Assembly: GCA_000830295.1 (NCBI GenBank)
Contig: CP010425.1
Span: 753,424-777,423, forward strand
Length of the DNA stretch: 24,000 nt
Direction of reading: 5' to 3'
Origin: an archaeon GW2011_AR15
GTDB taxonomy: Archaea; Nanobdellota; Nanobdellia; Woesearchaeales; GW2011-AR15
A program made the translations under genes and the position numbers. The notes under the pieces are model-generated. The model was given only the letters and a program-made list of their open reading frames with translations. It searched no databases and had not been told where the DNA came from. Below are positions 21,021 through 24,000 of the stretch, piece after piece (within the stretch, counting starts at the first letter, position 1; each line of letters starts with the position of its first letter).

Positions 21021-21561
21021 GACAATAGTTAAGGACCATATAAGGGTGCCTCCAAGCCTTTTCGGGGAACCATTGGAAAAAGCACTGCTTAAGCAGATCA
21101 AAGAGAATTATGACGGCTTCATATCGAAAGACATGGGCATTGTAATTGATGTTGCTTCAATAGAGGATGTCAAAGAAGGAAAGATAGTCCCTGGAGACGG
21201 GGCTGCTTTCTACGAGACAACATTCAGCCTGCTTGCATTCAAGCCTGAGCTTCAGGAAGTGTTTCCCGGCCAGATAAAGGACATGGCTGATTTCGGGGCA
21301 TTCATTAACCTTGGACCTATAGAAGGCATGATCCACATTTCACAGACCATGGATGATTTTGTGTCATTCAGCAAAGACAAGGCCCTTCTTGGAAAAGAAA
21401 GCAAGAAGAACCTTAAAGTAGGGGATAAGTGCAGGGCAAGGATTATCGCAATAAGCTACAAAGACATAACAAACCCCAAGTTCGGGCTTACAATGAGGCA
21501 GAAAGGCCTGGGAAGGCTTGACTGGATACCTGAAGACCTGAACCCAAAACCAAAGAAGTAA
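21010..21561 (+). CDS. rpoE: DNA-directed RNA polymerase subunit E' (Rpo7) with S1 domain
   Basis: 183 aa. N-terminal MFYKTIVKDHIRVPPSLFG. S1-like GQIKDMADFGAFINLGPIEGMIHISQ. Overlaps the PIN gene by 11 nt. Confidence 0.9.
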   Translation: MFYKTIVKDHIRVPPSLFGEPLEKALLKQIKENYDGFISKDMGIVIDVASIEDVKEGKIVPGDGAAFYETTFSLLAFKPELQEVFPGQIKDMADFGAFINLGPIEGMIHISQTMDDFVSFSKDKALLGKESKKNLKVGDKCRARIIAISYKDITNPKFGLTMRQKGLGRLDWIPEDLNPKPKK

Positions 21562-21562
21562 G

Positions 21563-21751
21563 ATGGCAAAAGAAAAAGTATGCAAGAACTGCAAGGTATT
21601 TGTAGAAGGCGTTACATGCCCGCAGTGCAAGGGCAACCAGTTTACGACAATATACCAGGGAAAGCTGAATATTCTTGATTCAAACAAATCCTTTATAGCA
21701 AAGCAGATAGGGATAGCACAAAAAGGAAGATACGCTATTAAAGTAAGGTGA
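21563..21751 (+). CDS. spt4: Transcription elongation factor Spt4 (RpoE'')
   Basis: 62 aa. Zinc ribbon CKNC...CPQC. Sits immediately downstream of rpoE', as in most archaea. Confidence 0.8.
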   Translation: MAKEKVCKNCKVFVEGVTCPQCKGNQFTTIYQGKLNILDSNKSFIAKQIGIAQKGRYAIKVR

Positions 21752-21755
21752 TTAC

Positions 21756-22112
21756 ATGCAGGTCCTAAAAGAAAACGAAATGAAGCTCCTTTCAAGGAAG
21801 AGAGTTACACTAGTGATGGAGAATAAGGGAGCAACCCCTTCAAGAGCAGAGCTCATTAAGGAGATTGCAAAGAAATTCAAGACAAAAGAGGACCTTGTCA
21901 TAATAAAGCATATCTATCAGCAGTTCGGCAGCAACAGGACCAAGCTTATAGTACACCTTTATGAAGACAAAGAGAAAATGAAGATATTTGAGCATAAGGA
22001 CCTTCTTAAGAAGCACTCTAAGAAAGAGGAGAAGCAGGAAGGTGCTGAAGCGCCAGCTGAACAGGCAGAGTCTGCCGCAGCCAAAAAAGAGAGCGAAGAG
22101 AGTGAAGGCTGA
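21756..22112 (+). CDS. rps24e: 30S ribosomal protein S24e with Lys/Glu/Ala-rich C-terminal extension
   Basis: 118 aa. [35 protein letters not shown]...[24 protein letters not shown] matches the S24e pattern. Confidence 0.85.
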   Translation: MQVLKENEMKLLSRKRVTLVMENKGATPSRAELIKEIAKKFKTKEDLVIIKHIYQQFGSNRTKLIVHLYEDKEKMKIFEHKDLLKKHSKKEEKQEGAEAPAEQAESAAAKKESEESEG

Positions 22113-22276
22113 TGGCAGACAGGAAAAACAGGAGAGTATCAAAGATGAGCGGGATTTTTGAAGGCGGGAAACCAGCAAGGAAGCACTGCCCTAAATGCGG
22201 TCCTGGCGTTTTTATGGGTAAGCACGGCAACAGGCAGTCATGCGGAAAATGCGGATATACAGAATTTAACAAATAA
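22112..22276 (+). CDS. rps27ae: 30S ribosomal protein S27ae (zinc ribbon)
   Basis: Not in the ORF track (54 aa). ATGA overlap with the S24e stop. Reads [58 protein letters not shown]...CGKC ribbon and conserved gene order. Confidence 0.85.
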   Translation: MADRKNRRVSKMSGIFEGGKPARKHCPKCGPGVFMGKHGNRQSCGKCGYTEFNK

Positions 22277-22287
22277 TTCTATTGATT

Positions 22288-23211
22288 CTATCTAGATTTT
22301 TTATTACTGCTTTCTTCAGAACTCTCTTTTTCAGCAGTCTTCTGGAACACCAGCAGATCCTCAGTTGTAAGCTTCTTTCCTGTCTTTATTTTCTCATCAA
22401 CTTCCCTGCTTTTTTCCTTGAGGCTTTTCTTTTCTTCCCTTCTCTTCTCTTCTCTTGTCTTTATCTTATGCTCTTTCAGCTGGTCATTTATTTTGTTGAG
22501 TTTCACAAGAAGCTCTTTCAGCTGCTCATTTACCTTGTTGAACTCGTCCTTTTCAGTGCTGAATTTTGAAAAGAATTCTTTTTCCTTCTCTTTTAGGGTA
22601 TCTATCTCTTTTGATAGTTCAAGTATCTTTTCATGCCTTGTCTGGCTCTCTTTTGCATTTTCCTGGACCTGCCTGTGTGCAGCATTTGCTTTTTTCCTTG
22701 CCTCTCTAAGCTCTTTTCTTGCATCGTTCAGCTTCCTGCTTGCTTCTATGGCTCCTTTAGCGCCTTCAAGAGTTTTTCTGAGCTCATTTATCTTCAGCAT
22801 GACCTTTTTCTCCTTTTCAAAAGACATGCCCTCTGTTTCTATTTTAAACTCAAGGGAGTCTATCTCCCTCCTTACCTTATCAGGGTCTATCCTTGTGTCG
22901 CTTTTATCTTTTATATTATCACGGGCCTCAAACTGCTCTTTCAGTACAGCAGAGAATTTCTTGATTTTCTCATTATTCTCTTCTCTTTCTTTTTTCAGCT
23001 CTTTTACCTTCCTGGTGAATGCATCCCTTTCTTTTTTGAGCTCTTTTATCTGCGATATAAGGCCGATAATCTGCTCAGAATACTTGTCTTTCTCCTTGAA
23101 CACGCCCTCTTTCTTATCGTTAAGAGTGTTAAGTTTAGACCTTAGTTCAGAAATCTGGCTCTTTATCTGAGAGTGCTCATTCATTAGTTCCTTTGCATCT
23201 GTTGATGGCAT
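22288..23211 (-). CDS. Lys/Glu-rich coiled-coil protein (uncharacterised archaeal coiled-coil type)
   Basis: 307 aa with heptad-like K/E/L periodicity throughout. The opposite-strand ORFs are low-complexity mirror images. Confidence 0.7.
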   Translation of the reverse strand: MPSTDAKELMNEHSQIKSQISELRSKLNTLNDKKEGVFKEKDKYSEQIIGLISQIKELKKERDAFTRKVKELKKEREENNEKIKKFSAVLKEQFEARDNIKDKSDTRIDPDKVRREIDSLEFKIETEGMSFEKEKKVMLKINELRKTLEGAKGAIEASRKLNDARKELREARKKANAAHRQVQENAKESQTRHEKILELSKEIDTLKEKEKEFFSKFSTEKDEFNKVNEQLKELLVKLNKINDQLKEHKIKTREEKRREEKKSLKEKSREVDEKIKTGKKLTTEDLLVFQKTAEKESSEESSNKKSR

Positions 23212-23257
23212 ATTTGTTCCACTTCATTGTAAAAATCAATAAAAAAATATAATTGAT

Positions 23258-23563
23258 TTAGCCGAAAAGTGCGCCTAGCCCGGCTGCAGCTTCATCTTCG
23301 CTTTTCTTTTCTTCCTGCTTCTTCTCTTCAGCTTTTGGCTTATCTGAGCCTGCTGCTGCGTGAGCTGCCGGAGCTGCTTGAGCTACTGGGGTGGCCTGTT
23401 TAACAGCCTCATCAATGTTTACATTTGCCAGGGCTGCAACCAGTGCCTTGATTCTTGAAGCGTCTGCTTCAACACCTGCTGCTTCCAGCACTTTCTTAAG
23501 GCTGGCTTCATCTACTTTCTTCCCTGCTTTGTGTAAAAGCATTGCTGCGTAAACGTATTCCAT
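23258..23563 (-). CDS. rpl12: 50S ribosomal stalk protein P1 (L12e)
   Basis: [34 protein letters not shown]...[23 protein letters not shown] use the ATG at 23563 (GGAGGT 7 nt upstream) rather than the track's upstream Met at 23593. Confidence 0.9.
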   Translation of the reverse strand: MEYVYAAMLLHKAGKKVDEASLKKVLEAAGVEADASRIKALVAALANVNIDEAVKQATPVAQAAPAAHAAAGSDKPKAEEKKQEEKKSEDEAAAGLGALFG

Positions 23564-23607
23564 TTTTGTTACCTCCGATTGTTTATTTGGCACAAGAGTA
23601 CCATAAT

Positions 23608-24000
23608 CTATGAATCTGATTTGTTTTCAGGATTTCCTTCTTTGCTTTCTGCCTTTTCCAGAGCTTCTTTCGGAAGGCTTCCTGATAGAGACAGGTTTTC
23701 AGCATGGGCCTTTCTTAATATGTCTGCAGTTGTCTCATCTGTAAGTATATTAGCGGACAATGCAAGTGCCCTTGCTTCCCTGCCTGCCTTGCCAAGCAAT
23801 AGTTTGACGGATTCCTCTGTCGGATATCCTGTAAATACTGCAAGGTTTAGTGATTCCATATATGCTTTCTGGATCTTATTCTTGTATTCTGATTCATCGA
23901 TATGCAGAACTTCTGCGGTGAATATCTCACTTTCTTCATATACTGCCCTTAAATCAAGTCCTATTTCCATAGGCTCTATCCCAAGCCTGGTAAGTATTGA
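23608..24000 (-). CDS. rplP0: 50S ribosomal stalk protein P0 (L10), C-terminal part; gene continues past the right edge
   Basis: The frame stays open upstream of the track's Met ([27 protein letters not shown]...). P0-type sequence ...[23 protein letters not shown]..., lying upstream of P1 as in archaeal stalk operons. Confidence 0.85.
   Translation of the reverse strand, partial: SILTRLGIEPMEIGLDLRAVYEESEIFTAEVLHIDESEYKNKIQKAYMESLNLAVFTGYPTEESVKLLLGKAGREARALALSANILTDETTADILRKAHAENLSLSGSLPKEALEKAESKEGNPENKSDS

Noticed and set aside
22418-23170. Long + strand ORFs (250 aa and 170 aa) opposite the coiled-coil gene
   Set aside because: Their Ser/Phe/Leu-rich low-complexity sequences are the mirror image of a Lys/Glu-rich coding strand. 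The minus-strand product has coherent heptad periodicity, while the plus-strand ones have no features of real proteins.

Overview
This window looks like a compact archaeal chromosome segment. That call is an inference from gene content: topoisomerase VI A/B, RNA polymerase subunit E' plus Spt4, ribosomal proteins S24e/S27ae/P1/P0, NMD3-like and Fcf1-like PIN proteins, and intron-containing tRNAs. The half-size helicase gene and the non-canonical tRNA intron resemble small-genome (DPANN-like) archaea, but taxonomy cannot be checked here.

Layout:
- 1-4650: a copper/redox accessory cluster. It holds an edge membrane protein with an HCPLC motif, a DUF411 metal-binding lipoprotein, two tandem membrane-anchored winged-helix proteins, a multicopper oxidase, an HxlR regulator and a DoxX protein.
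- 4650-17600: housekeeping genes (2-hydroxyacid dehydrogenase, NMD3-like, PRPP synthetase-like, Hel308-type helicase lacking its first RecA domain, circularly permuted GTPase, Lrp/AsnC). These are mixed with orphan proteins, a peptide-deformylase-like protein and seven tRNA genes: Ile, Phe, Thr, Pro, Ala, Cys, Arg.
- 17650-24000: top6A-top6B, PIN-rpoE'-spt4-S24e-S27ae, a coiled-coil protein, and P1/P0.

The most unusual signal is non-coding. Five of the seven tRNA genes are followed by short structured inserts, and tRNA-Thr is also preceded by one. Each insert is bounded by an exact or near-exact 13-19 nt duplicate of the tRNA terminus. The inserts fall into two related sequence/structure families with compensatory stem changes and tandem G.A motifs. 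Promoter-like and terminator-like signals flank the outer copies rather than the tRNA itself at some loci. I could not match this arrangement to any described element class. Integration scars, miniature tRNA-targeting elements, exon-duplicating introns and processed trailer RNAs all remain open.
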